The notes: generated by a model from the sequence alone, not told the origin. A stretch of 64,000 bases of DNA from Mobula hypostoma (GCF_963921235.1 NC_086108.1:11532001-11596000); one strand, 5' to 3'; counted from the stretch's first letter, positions 1-11,694 are shown. Numbers and translations: made by a program.

Positions 1-38
1 TTATCAGCTATTTGGCTAACACAGCGAGTTTGAAGTTG

Positions 39-1045
39 TCAACACCTTGACAGACAGTCATCACATTTTCTGTTCCTTTTATATGTGTTATTAATAATCC
101 CTTAGACCAGGCTCCAACTCAACAAACTTCATAGTGGCCAAAAACACTGATGAATTGCGATCAATGTAACCTCTCATTTGGTTTTGTCCCGGACCACAAT
201 AACAAGGGTCGTCCCATTCCGACTCAGTTTTCTCTCGCAAGGGCTTAGTAGGAGGGGGAGGGGTAGTGACCGCAGAGTTATTGCAAAACTTCCTACAGTA
301 CCCCCACCATCTCCAAGAGCCTTCTGAGGGCCCTCTTGTCTGTCGGGGTTGGGAGGTCAGCGATAGCCTGCACTGTAGCTTGCATCGCTGCCAGCTGCCC
401 CTGTGTCACCACAGTTCCCAGGTAAGTGACTCTCGTGTGGCCGAATTCATTTTCTTCAAGGTTCACGATCAAGCTGGCTTCAGACAACCGTATTAAATTG
501 CCAATACACACCTCTGTGTTCGTCAGCCCTTTAGTCACTGAATTACTCATTATATATGAGGGTTGTTTACTAGGCCAACCTATTGTAACAGACATCACCC
601 AACGTCCCAGTTCTTTGCATCACCTCGGGACAATCAAACACACGGGTGCGAGTCATTTAATTGCTCCTAAAGTGTCGCTTTTTTCGGGGATTAAGGGAGA
701 GACCTTATCAGTAGATCTGGCCAAAACAATAGCCTTCTCCCATCTGATCGATCCCATACTAATCTTTTCAAAATAGTTTTTTTCTCTTATCAGGGGGCCC
801 CTAGCTTCATTGATTTCCACGCTAACACCGACTAGGTTTGTTAGCATATCAAAAGCCGGTGACCGTCTCAGTTCGCGTCGGTCATGATCAATAACATTCT
901 TCCCCCTGGGCAGCCGGTAAATCTCTTTCATGATTCCACCAACTGTTTCCTCCAGCACCGCAAAATGTCCACCGGGGGAGTACTTCGTGGGCCATGTTAA
1001 AAACCTCATCCCCATAACTCTTTTGCACCAACCCCCACTCCTCAT
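39..1045 (-). pseudogene. Collapsed pol remnant (IN, RT and RNase H fragments)
   Basis: Fragments in several frames with stops; no YxDD or DDE core visible; about 1 kb covers all three domains. Confidence 0.7.
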
Positions 1046-3047
1046 CTGCGGGTACTGTATTTGATTTCCCTTTTTTCCTTAGCACTTCCTCCTCCACACA
1101 ATAGCCTACTAGTTCCCTTGTTAAAGCTGTGTCAGAGAGAGCTGTCTCTGCCGAAACCATCAGCCCCTCGTCTCGCTCCTGCGTCTGCACAAATTCTTTC
1201 CTGGCTACTGCTACGTCTGTCCCAACTCCCTCACTACCTCTTGTCTCACTACACTCCTTCTTTTCATTTTCTACCCCTGTCTCGTACAAGACTGGCAGAA
1301 ACGTTTCAGCTAAATTCACTACCGCGGTCCCGTGATGAACCTGTGAGTCCATGGGCGGGGCCTCAATGCTGGCAGGCTGACCTGTCAATCTCACGACTGG
1401 GAACATGATTCCCCCGGCGACGTCATTACCGAGCAAGACTTCCACGTCTTTCATCGGTAATTCGGACCTCACCCCGATCGTGACTAGTCCAGAGACCAGG
1501 TTGCTTTGTAAGTGTATCTGGTGCAAAGGGACTGACTCTGTCCCTTCCCCAACACCTTTGACCTTTACCTCCCCAGTCTGGGTCTCTGAGCTAAACTCTA
1601 ATACACTCTTCAGTATTAGTGACTGACACGCTCCCGTGTCTCTCCAGATCCGCACTGGAACTGGTTTTAACCCCTCCTTCACTGTCACCAATCCGGCCGA
1701 GATAAACCTCTCGCGCCCTTCCTGAAATTTGGCAGACCGGATCGTCCCTAGCGGTTCGCTTAACAGCTCGATACAGCCATTCAGAACCCCCGTTTTTCCT
1801 TTCCCCGTCTCCTTCTTTGGGGCAAAGCACCTGGACGCAAAGTATCCGACTTTCCCGCAATTATAACAGACGACTCCAGGAGACTTCCTACCAGACTGCT
1901 CCTGGTCTACCTTATCCTTCTCACTAGTCCCCGGCTTACTTTCTGACTTTTCCGGCGGACTCTCCCCGCCGTCCTGACTATCCTTCTGGTAGCCTTTACT
2001 CGGAGCAAACTTCATTTTATGCGTCAACGCATACTCATCCACTAACTTAGCAGTTGCGGCTAACGTGGCTGCCTCTTTCTCATCTAGGTAGGGTCTCATA
2101 CCGTTAGGGACACAATCTTTAAACTGCTCAATCAGGATCAGCTGTAGCAGTCTGTCATAATCCCCCTCTACCCCCTTCGAGGCGCACCAACGCTCACAAT
2201 ATGTCTGCATCTCACGGGCAAACTCTAAATACGTGCGGTCCCACTGCTTCCTCGCATTCCGGAACCTCTGCTGGTATGCCTCCGGGACCAACTCATAAAT
2301 CCTGAGGATGGCCTCTTTTACCACCTCATACCTCTGGGCATCTTCCGCGGACAAAGTGGAGTAAGTTTCTTGGGCTTTCCCTTTCAGTGCACTCTGAAGT
2401 AACACAGCCCACTTATCCCTCGGCCATTCCTGACTTATAGCCACTTTTTCGAAATGGAGAAAGTACCGATCCACGTCAGTATCGTCAAATGGGGGAACCA
2501 GCCTAACCTCCTGGGTCGCCCTGAACCCTCCACCTTGATTCAGCATGGGCCCCTGCTCTGCCCTTATCTTTAACTTCTCCATCTCAAATTCCCTTTCCCT
2601 CTGTTTCCCTCTCTCTTCTCGCTCCCATTGCCTCTCTTTCTCCTCTCTCTCCATCTGTCTCTCTCTCTCTTTCTCTTCTCTCTCCAATTGTCTCTCTCTC
2701 TCTTTCTCTTCCTCCCACCTTTCTAACTCTCTCTCCTGACTTTCTAACTGCTTCTCTTCGTGTTCTAACTGCCGTACCCGGAACTTGTGCTCGAGTCTCA
2801 GTTTTTCAAGCTGCACCTGTACCGCGTCTCCAGCAGGTTTTTCAATAGACACCACCCCCAGCTCACCTTGGGGAAACACACCTTTAGATACATAGTGCTC
2901 TACAATAGCTCTGTGTATCTCCACTCTCCTCATTGTCGACTTCCCCTTAGCAAGATTCAACCGTTTGGACACAGCTACCAATTCCGATTTCCTGGCATCC
3001 TCTAATGCCTCCAAGGTCGGCGCCTTTGTAATTTCCTCAGCCTCCAT
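888..3047 (-). CDS. Retrotransposon Gag-protease polyprotein (719-aa open ORF)
   Basis: E/R-rich coiled coil, capsid-like region (VPPFDDTDVDRYFLHFEK...ILIEQFKDC), degenerate Zn knuckle CYNCGKVGYFASRC, aspartic protease motifs RDTGACQS and LLGND. Confidence 0.85.
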   Translation of the reverse strand: MEAEEITKAPTLEALEDARKSELVAVSKRLNLAKGKSTMRRVEIHRAIVEHYVSKGVFPQGELGVVSIEKPAGDAVQVQLEKLRLEHKFRVRQLEHEEKQLESQERELERWEEEKERERQLEREEKERERQMEREEKERQWEREERGKQREREFEMEKLKIRAEQGPMLNQGGGFRATQEVRLVPPFDDTDVDRYFLHFEKVAISQEWPRDKWAVLLQSALKGKAQETYSTLSAEDAQRYEVVKEAILRIYELVPEAYQQRFRNARKQWDRTYLEFAREMQTYCERWCASKGVEGDYDRLLQLILIEQFKDCVPNGMRPYLDEKEAATLAATAKLVDEYALTHKMKFAPSKGYQKDSQDGGESPPEKSESKPGTSEKDKVDQEQSGRKSPGVVCYNCGKVGYFASRCFAPKKETGKGKTGVLNGCIELLSEPLGTIRSAKFQEGRERFISAGLVTVKEGLKPVPVRIWRDTGACQSLILKSVLEFSSETQTGEVKVKGVGEGTESVPLHQIHLQSNLVSGLVTIGVRSELPMKDVEVLLGNDVAGGIMFPVVRLTGQPASIEAPPMDSQVHHGTAVVNLAETFLPVLYETGVENEKKECSETRGSEGVGTDVAVARKEFVQTQERDEGLMVSAETALSDTALTRELVGYCVEEEVLRKKGKSNTVPADEEWGLVQKSYGDEVFNMAHEVLPRWTFCGAGGNSWWNHERDLPAAQGEECY

Positions 3048-3128
3048 TTCTGCTGTTTGTCTTTTCTTTCTTTCGGGAATTTTAACCCAATCAATTTACT
3101 CCGTCCCAAATTTAGCGTTCAAAATAGT

Positions 3129-3142
3129 GGACGAGAACCCCA
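3129..3142 (-). promoter_or_regulatory. Primer-binding site, tRNA-Pro-like
   Basis: Minus strand TGGGGTTCTCGTCC, 4 nt after the LTR end, resembles the tRNA-Pro PBS TGGGGGCTCGTCC. Confidence 0.65.
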
Positions 3143-3146
3143 CTTA

Positions 3147-4103
3147 TGTTAAGTACCCCGTAACTGGGTTGCCAAACCAGCAGAAATGGATCACTCAGTT
3201 GGAGTCTGGATTACTAGAACTAAGGAAGTTTTATTAAAGAAACAAGCAACACAGTAATCGAAAGGATAATAAATGCAACAGTTCAGCAATGATAAACACA
3301 CATGTGCACAGAATTAAGATAACAGCATCAATCAAGCTCTATCGTTGTCTAGGGGTAAATGACCAATTTCAAAGTGACACAAAGTTCAGTCCAATTTAGT
3401 TCAGTTCGCAGTAATCGGGGCCATGGCGATGGACAACGTGGGGGGGGAGAGAGAGAGAGAGAACAGGAATGAATGATCATTCAGACACGGCTTCCACTCA
3501 CAGACCTGCGATATTGCTCACAAGCAGCTTCCGGGCGGGTCCTTGGTGATGTCACCTGAGGTCACCGACTGTGACCCCTCCTCCAGATGCTGTCGATCCT
3601 CTGCAGTGAACCCGGCACCCAAGCGAGGGTGGACACACACCGGGTTCCCGCTGATCGTACCTTTCCACCCTGTGCGTTTAAGGTCCGGTACTTCCCACTG
3701 ACTTGTGAGAAGCGCACCGCTTCCAGGGTCTCGTTACCTCGGGTGTCGTGTGTGTCCTGCCTTAGCGAACCTGTCCCTTTTTATCCCCCTGCTGGGGTAT
3801 CGCCTGTCCATCACTTCAAACAGTTCAGGGTTCAAAGGGGGAGCCGCTCTAGACAGCTCTCTCTCCCGTCCTTTCATTACACATCTCCAGATCGCCTGTC
3901 CATCACTTCAAACAGTTCAGGGTTCAAAGGGGGAGCCGCTCTAGACAGCTCTCTCTCCCGTCCCTTCATTACACATCTCCAGACGCTGCTCCATTGTTCC
4001 TTATCTCTCCTTCCCCTGAGGACAGGTGGCAGACCAACTGCTGATGCCACTGATGCTAACCCAGGCCAGCAAACATCTTAATTTTATGTGTATTCTCATC
4101 ACA
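3147..4103 (-). repeat. 5' LTR of the Gmr1-like element
   Basis: TG...CA ends (tgttaag at 3147, catcaca ending 4103); minus-strand AATAAA near 3230; directly abuts the PBS. Confidence 0.75.
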
Positions 4104-4520
4104 CTGTATTGTTGTTTCACAGCCTTGATAGCTTTGCGCAGATCGTAGCTACTTTTCTTGAGCTCTAGCTGATCGCCAGCGATGTAAGCTCAATGTCGCG
4201 CTGTAAGTGCTGCTCGCACGGAACTATTGACTCAGGGTTTCTGGTTCGGGAAAACCCTGACCGACTTCTGGGGGACAACATCGTCGATGCACTTCCAGAT
4301 GAAACTCGTGACTCCATCCGTGAACTCGGAGACACCCTCATCTTGAAAGACCTTCCTGTCGACGTCATCGAAGCAGTCCTGCAGCATGGAGGCCGACTGG
4401 TCGGACCAACAGTGGACGGTTCTAACTATGGCCGCCTCTTGTTTCAGCTTCTGCCTGTAAGTCGGCAAAAGGAGGATGGAAGAGTGATCTGATTTTCCAA
4501 AAGCGGGACAAGGAGGACCT
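4104..4520 (-). mobile_element. Rex/Babar-type LINE ORF fragment
   Basis: YRQKLKQEAAIVRTVHCWS...LQDCFDDVD...VRVFPNQKP; homologous to the + strand copy near 7930-8190. Confidence 0.7.
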
Positions 4521-4855
4521 GTTCAATCTGAGATGAGCAAGATCTCGCTGCTGGATGAGTTCAGAATTCACAGAGAAACATTTCCCTCATATCTGTGTGG
4601 AAGAATAACAGCGGGAAGGAGAGAATCAATTCCTGGTGTTTTGACATTGTTCACAAAGCCAAGCTGTTATAAATGGGGTTAATTTGGCAGAGTGAATTTC
4701 ATACCTTGGCCCTGAGATCGTTGAAACATTCTCGTCTCATGAGTTGGGTCATCACCATTTGTTCAATGGGTCACATCAGGCTGACCAACCAGCGATGTAG
4801 AGGGTGACCTCAGCATCACCTCAGAATCTGACGTATGCATGGTACTCTGTCTTCT

Positions 4856-5362
4856 TAAGATAAGACAGAGGAGCAGAATTAGGCCCTTCACTCATTGAGT
4901 CTGCTCTGCTATTTCATCATGGCTGATCCATTTCCCTCCCACCCTTTTTCCTTAACATCTCCCTGTAACCTTTCACATCCTGATTAATCAACATATCAAT
5001 TTCTCCCTTAAATGCACCCAGTGACCTTGCCTCCACAGACACCTGTGGTAATGAATTCCACAGATTTAGCGTCCTCTGGCTAAATTAGTTCCTCTTCATC
5101 TCCATTCTAAGTGGGTGTCCCTCTATGCTGTGGCTGTGTCCTGAACTCACCCACTATAGGAAACAACCTCTTCACATCTACTCTATAGAGGCCTTTTGAT
5201 ATTGGATAGGTTTCAATAAGATTCCCCTCTGAACTACGGTGAGTATGGGACCAGGACCTTCACATGATAATGCTTTCCCAGAATCATTCTTGTGTACCTC
5301 CTCTGAACCTTCTCCAGTGTCTGCATTTCCTTTCTTAGATAAAGGGCCCCAAATTGCTCGCA
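4856..5362 (-). mobile_element. CR1 LINE 3' end
   Basis: CR1-type 3' end (gagcagaattaggccc...gaattccacagattt) shared with many copies in the window. Confidence 0.7.
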
Positions 5363-5685
5363 AAACTGCTTTGATTTCTTTTTAAGCTAATCACCCTACC
5401 AGGGCATAGGCCACTGAGAGCTGCTCACTGGAGTCCTCTGTAGTATCCAGGACATCTTCAAGGAGTGAAGCCTCCATCATTAAGGACCCCCACCACCCAG
5501 GACATGCCCTGTTTTCATTGCTACCATCAGGGAGAAGGTAGAGAAGCCTGAAGACACACATTCAATGATTCAGGAACAGCTTCTTCCCCTCTGACATCCC
5601 ATTTCTGAACGGACAATGAACCCATGAACACAAGCTCACTATTTTTTATTTCTATTTTTTCACTATTTATTTAACAGTAGAAGTG

Positions 5686-8600
5686 TCAGAGGTGAGGGAA
5701 AAGGGCCAGAATCCTGGTGAGTCTGAGACGGCGTGCTAATCGGCCACCGCTCCCAGCGTAATCCTGGCTAATGTTCAGTCCCTGGACAGCAAGCTGTGCG
5801 AACCGAGAGTCAGAATCTCCTACCGGCGGGAAACAAAGGAATGTAACATTTTGTGCTTCATGGAGACCCGGCTGATGGAGGGGATACTGGACCACACTAT
5901 CGAGCCCTCTGGGATCTCCTTGTTCCAGGCAGACAGCTTGTAAAACCTCACTGGGAAGAATAAAGGAGGAGGGGTACGCTTCATGGTCAACAATGCTTGG
6001 TGCGACCCCCTGAACGTGCATGCACTCAAATCCTTTTGTTCCCTAGAACTGGAATACAGGTGTCCCCCACTTTTCGAACATTCGCTTTACGAAACCTCAC
6101 TGTTATGAAAGACCTACATTAGTTCCCTGTTTTCGCTAACGGAAGGTGTTTTCACTGTTATGAAAAAAGGCAGCGCGCGGAAAAAGCAGCGCGTGATAAA
6201 AAAAAAACAGCACGCTCCCCGAGCAGCCGCTCTGCTCCGGATTTGGAACGGCATTCTCGCCGGCATTGCTTAAACACATGCCTGTGAGCAGCCGTTTGCA
6301 AGATGAGTTCTAAGGTATCGGAAAAGCCTAAAAGAGCTCATGAGGGTGTTACATTTAGTGTAAAACTACACATAACTAAGCGTTTCGATCATGGTGAACG
6401 AAGTAAGGACAAAGTGAGTTTGGCTTGTGGAAGTTGACGAAGATGATGTTGAAGAGGTTTTGGTATCCCATGACCAAGAACTGGTAGATGAAGAGCTGAT
6501 GCAATTGGAAGAGGAAAGGATAACAATTGAAACCGAATGAGTAATGATAAAGTACGACTATAATTTTGAAAGGGTACATCAGTTTAGAGCATATTTGCAA
6601 AATGGTTTGAGTGCTTACAAAGAACTGTATGATCTAAAAATGGGCGAGGTTAAGCAGTCAAGCAAGCCTTCCACAGCAGGCGATGAACCTCGACCTTCGA
6701 CATCGAGGCAGGCAGAGATAGAAAAAGATGACCTGCCTGCCCTGATGGAAACAGACGACACCCCAGTGTCCCACTACCCCAACCCCCAGGCCGCGGACAG
6801 ATACCGATTCACGGAGAATGCAGCGGCAGCTGGGAGGCACACAGCACATCTTTAAGAAAAAGCCGAAATAAACATGCTAATTAATTAGGTGCCACCCGGC
6901 ACGTGATTGTCAGCCCAGATCAGAGGCGACGCAATCAGCTCTGATCTGGGCCGACATTTACGTGCCAGGTGGCACCTAATTAATTAGCATGTTTATTTCG
7001 GCTTTTTTCTTAAAGATGTGCTGTGCCTCCCGGCTACCGCTATACCCCTGCATGCTTTGAGGATTGGTATCAGTTCGCTGCCTGGAGGGTGGGGGCCACT
7101 GCACCACCCAAACTCCGGCGACTCAGCCTAACACACCCACCATCATCAGTGTGCTCTGCGCTGTCTTCCCAATTCCCATAAGTGATACTACACTGTACAT
7201 ACATTATTTCTACTTTATATCGGCTGTGTATTTTTACATGTTATTTGGTATGATTTGGCAGCTTCATAGCTTAAAGGTTACTGGAGAGTGCTTACGCCGT
7301 GTTTTTGCTGAAAGCGCTTGCGTGAGATTTTCACTACGGAGAACAGTTCAGGCAATGATTGTGGAAAGGTACTTCTACTTTATATAGGCTGTGTATTTAT
7401 TATATCATTCCTGCTTTTACCATATGTTACTGTTATTTTAGGTTTTATGTGTTATTTGGCATGATTTGGTTATTTTTGGGTCTGCAAATTCTCACAAAAT
7501 TTTCCAATATAAATAAATGGTAATTGCTTCTTCGCTTTACGACATTCCGACTTACGAACCATTTCATAGGAACACTCTACCTTCGGATGGCGGGGGAAAC
7601 CTGTACCTGGTGCTGCTGTGCAGACCCGACTGGCTGAATAGAGAGTTCACGGCTGTTATCATCACAGCGGTGAACATTCCGCCATAGGCTGATACTGACC
7701 TGGCTCTCAAGGAACTGTACGAGACCATCAACACGCTGGAGACTGCACACCCAGAGGCTGCCTTCATCATCGCCGGTGACTTTAACTGAACATCACTGAC
7801 GAAAATCTCTCCGAAGTTTTGTCAGCACATCCAGGTGAGCAGTCATGGAGATAACACACTTGACCACTGCTACACTCCCTTCCGCAACGCTTACAAAACG
7901 CTCTTTTGCCCAGCTTTTGGAAAATCAGATCACTCTTTGATCCTGCTTTTGCCAACATAGAGGTGGCCATAGTTAAACCGTCCACAATTGGTCCTACCAA
8001 TCGGTCTCCATGCTGCAGGACTGCATCAACAATGTTGTCTCCCAGAAGTCGGTCAGTGTCTTCCCAATCCATAAACGCTGGATCAATAGTTCTGAGCAAG
8101 CGGCACAGACTTAGAGCTTACATCGCTGGCAATCAGCAGGAGCTGAAGAAAAGCAGCTACAATCTGCGCAAAGCTATAAAGGCTGCAAAATAACAATATA
8201 GGGACAAGATTGAGACAAGATTCACATGTGACTTGTGGCTAGGGTTGCATACCATCGCAAACTTCAAAGCGAATCATAGTGGTGCCGCCAACGCCATAGC
8301 CTCTGTCCCAGATGAGCTCAATCGCTTTTAAAATCAGTTCGATGTCACTAACTCTGAGCCTCTGAGGAAAGCCACCATTACAATCTGCAACCTGGTCATC
8401 TGAGGCTGAGGTACGCAGATGTTTCCAGTGAGTGGACAGTCACCAGGCTGCGGGACCGGACGGCATTCCAGGGTGAGTACTCAGGATGTGAGCAGCACAA
8501 CTGGCAGGTGTGTTTACAGACATTTTTAATCTCTCCCCCTCCCAGTGTAGAGTGCCCTCCTGCTTCAAAACATCCACTATTGTTCCTGTACAAAAAATGG

Positions 8601-9908
8601 CCAAGGTAATGTGCCTGAACGACTGGTGTCCTGTTGCACTCACTTCAATAATAAGTAAATGCTATGAGAGGCTGGTCAAGGACTACATCTGCAGTTTGCT
8701 ACCACCCAAACTGGACCCCTTACAGTTTGCCTACTGATACAATTGATTGACAGACGATGCAATAGCCACTGCTCTCCTTACCATCCTTACACATCTGGAG
8801 AAGAAGGATGCTTACGTGAGAGTGCTGTTCTTGGACTACAGTTCAGCATTCAACACCATAATTGCATCCAGGCTCGACAAGAAGCTCAGAGACCTCGGTC
8901 TTCACCCTGCCTTGTGCAGCTGGATCCTGGACTTCCTGTCAGATCGCTGGCAGGTGATAAGAGTGGACTCCATCATCTCCACCCCTCTAGCTCTCAACAC
9001 ATGAGCCCTTCAGGGCTGTGTACTAAGTCCCCTCCTTTACTCTCTGTATACCCATGACTGTGTTGCCATCCACAGCTCCAATCTGCTAATTAAATTTGCT
9101 GACGACACTGCACTGATTGCCCTAATCTCAAACAGTAACACGGTGGCTCATCTCACTGACACATTTGTATCAAGAAAACAACCTCTTCCTCAATGTCTCA
9201 AAAACAAATCAGTTGGTTGTGGATTACAGGAGGAATGGAGACGGGCTAACCCCTATTGACATCAATGGACCTGGGGCTGAGAGGGTAAACAGCTTTAAGT
9301 TCCTTGGCATCCACGTCACTGAGGACCTCACGTGGTCTGTACACACCAGCTGTGTGAAAAAGGCACAACAACGCCTCTTTCACCTCAGACAATTGAGGAA
9401 GTTTAGAATGGGCTTCCAAATCCTAAGAACTTTCTACAGGGGCACAGTTGAGAGCGTCCTGACTGGCTGCATCTGTGCCTGGTATGGGAACTGTACCTCC
9501 CTTAACCGCAGGATTCTGCAGAAAGTGGTGCAGACAGCCCAGCGCATCTGTAGTTGTGAACTTCCTATGATTCAGGACATTTACAAAGACAGGTGTGAAC
9601 AAAAGGACCCAAAGGATCATTGGGGACCCAAGTCACCCCAGCCACAAACTACTCCAGCTGCTACAATCCGGGAAACGGTACCCCTGCATAAAAGCCAGGA
9701 CCAGCAGGCTCCGGGACAGCTTCTTCTACCCGTCTATCATACTGATGAATTCACACTGATTTGAGTGTATTTCTATGTTACATTGACTGTTCTATTTATT
9801 ATAAATTACTATGATTGCACATTGAATATTTAGTTGGAGACGTAACGTTTTGATTTTTACTCCTCATGTATGTGAAAGACGTCAGAAATAAGGTCGATTC
9901 AATTCAAT
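5686..9908 (+). mobile_element. Rex1/Babar-type LINE, degenerate (APE endonuclease + RT), interrupted by Tigger
   Basis: RPPLPSVILANVQSLDSKL, AGDF, DPLQFAY, LFLDYSSAFNTI, KFADDT (~9091-9108), FKFLGIH; (aattc)n tail near 9895-9908; many stops and frameshifts. Confidence 0.85.
6057..7603 (+). mobile_element. Tigger/pogo (Tc1-mariner) DNA transposon, internally deleted
   Basis: TA duplication (6055-6056, 7604-7605); imperfect TIRs caggtgtcccccacttttcgaa / ttcggatggcgggggaaacctg; CENP-B-like N-terminus (MSSKVSEKPKRAHEGVTFSVKLHITKRFDHGER) joined to acidic C-terminus (EDDVEEVLVSHDQELVDEELMQLE). Confidence 0.85.
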
Positions 9909-11035
9909 CCCTTGCACCCTTCATCATCTGGCATAGTGCTAGTGCCTTCCACAGTGAAGACTGATGTAAATTACTCACTTAATTCACCTGCCATCTTCTT
10001 ATTTCTCTGGCCTCGTTCTCTAATGTTCCACTCTCATCTCTCTTTTATTTTTTACATACTTGAAAAAACATTTTAAATCTACCTTGACATTGTTTGCCAG
10101 CTTGCTTTCATATTTCATCTTTTCGGTCCTAATGTCTTTATAAGCTTCCCAATCCTCTATCTTCCAGCTAATTTTTGCTTTATTGTATGCCCTCCCTTTT
10201 GCTTTTACATTAGCTTTGACTTCCCTTGTCAGACACAATTGTACTATTTTGCCATTTGAGTGTTTCTTTGTTTTTGGAATATATCAACCCTGCACCTTCC
10301 CCATTTTTCCTTGAAACTCATACCATTGCTGCTCTGTTGTTATCCCCCCCAGCAGGCCCTTTCAAGTTACTTTGGCAAACTTCTCTTTCATACCACTGTA
10401 ATTTCCTTTACTCCACTGAAATACACCTACATTAGACTTTACTTTCTCGCTATCAAATTTCAAGTTGAACTCAATCATATTGTGATCACTGTCTCCTCAG
10501 GGTTCTTTTATCTTAAACTCACTAATCACCTCTGGTTCATTATGTAAAATCCAATCCAGTATAGCTGATCCCCTAGTAGGCTCAATTAAAAAACTGCTCT
10601 AAAAAGACATCTTGGAGGCATTCAACAAACTCACTCTCTTGAGATCCATTGCCAACTTAATTTTCCCAATCTACCTGCATGTTAAAATCTCCCATGACTA
10701 TCATGACATAACACCTTTTCTATTTTCCATTGTAATTTGTAGTCCACATGTCAGCTACTGTTTGGAGGCCTATATATATAACTGCCATCAGAGTCCTTTC
10801 ACAATTGCAGTTTCTTAATTCAATCCAAAAGGATTCAACATCTTCCAATCCTATGTCACATCTTTCTACTGATTTGATTCCATTCTTTACCAGCAGAGCC
10901 ACGCCACCTCCTCTGCCTACCTTCCCATCCCTCCCATATAACATGTAACCTTGGGCATTCATCTTCCAACTATAACTATCCTTTAGCCATGATTCAGTGA
11001 TGGGCACAACATCATACCTGACAATCTGTAACAGT

Positions 11036-11694
11036 CAGGCGGGAGGAGAGAGAGCAGCGCGCCGCACGCGCAGCCTTCTGGTGAAAATGATATCGCATCT
11101 GTTAAATAGGGGCCCTAACCCTAACCCTAACCCTCACCCTAACCCTAACCCTAACCCTGATTTGATGGAGATAGACATGAAAGCACAGAGGAACATCTGG
11201 AGAAATTTCTGAAACGCTAGTTCGCTGTTGTTGTTCGCTGCGCAATCGAGAATCTTCCGGAGGAAAGGCCTCAAAATCCCTGGCTTTGACTGCTGCTGGT
11301 ACCGAGATTGAGGTCGAATCGTTCAGATAGAGATGGTGCTCGGAACTGGATGTCGGAGGGCTGATCGGAGGCTCGAAGTTTTTGGATGAGTCAGAGTCGG
11401 ACTGTGGTCGGGCATGGCAGGGAGAGTTTTCTTCCTTCTCCTGTCTGTGTGAGATGTGGGACATTTGAGAGCCTTTGAACTTTTTACTGTGCTCATGGAC
11501 TGTTCTTCATCAAGTTATGGTATTGTTGCACTGTTGTAACTATATGTTATAATTATGTGGTTTTGTTAGTTTTTTCAGTCTTGGTCTGTCCTGTGTGTTG
11601 TGATATCACACTGGAGGAAATATTGTATCATTTCTTAATGCATGCATTACTAAATGACAATAAAAGAGGACTGTGTGTCTTCATAATCTAATCT
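11036..11694 (+). mobile_element. Non-autonomous retroposon with AATAAA and (AATCT)n tail
   Basis: Splits the CR1 endonuclease frame (DDLVAL|LQIVRYDVVPITE) with a 3-bp agt duplication; 3' half homologous to 27980-28423. Confidence 0.75.
11113..11160 (+). repeat. Interstitial telomeric repeat, 8 CCCTAA-type units (two variant)
   Basis: ccctaa x3, ccctca, ccctaa x3, ccctga. Confidence 0.95.

Larger units (their letters stand above)
1..4103 (-). mobile_element. Gmr1-like Ty3/Gypsy LTR retrotransposon, internally deleted; 3' LTR lies outside the window
   Basis: Minus-strand order: LTR (4103-3147), PBS, gag-protease ORF, integrase Zn-finger remnant (AHEVLP/GGHFAV), RT remnant (EFGHTRVTYLG...IADLPTPTDKRALRRLL), RNase H end (ITHIKGTENVMTDCLSRC*, stop at 39-41). 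PR-IN-RT-RH order is diagnostic of the Gmr1 group. Confidence 0.85.

Noticed and set aside
11113..11160. True chromosome end or fusion site
   Set aside because: Only 48 bp, single orientation, embedded in a repeat.
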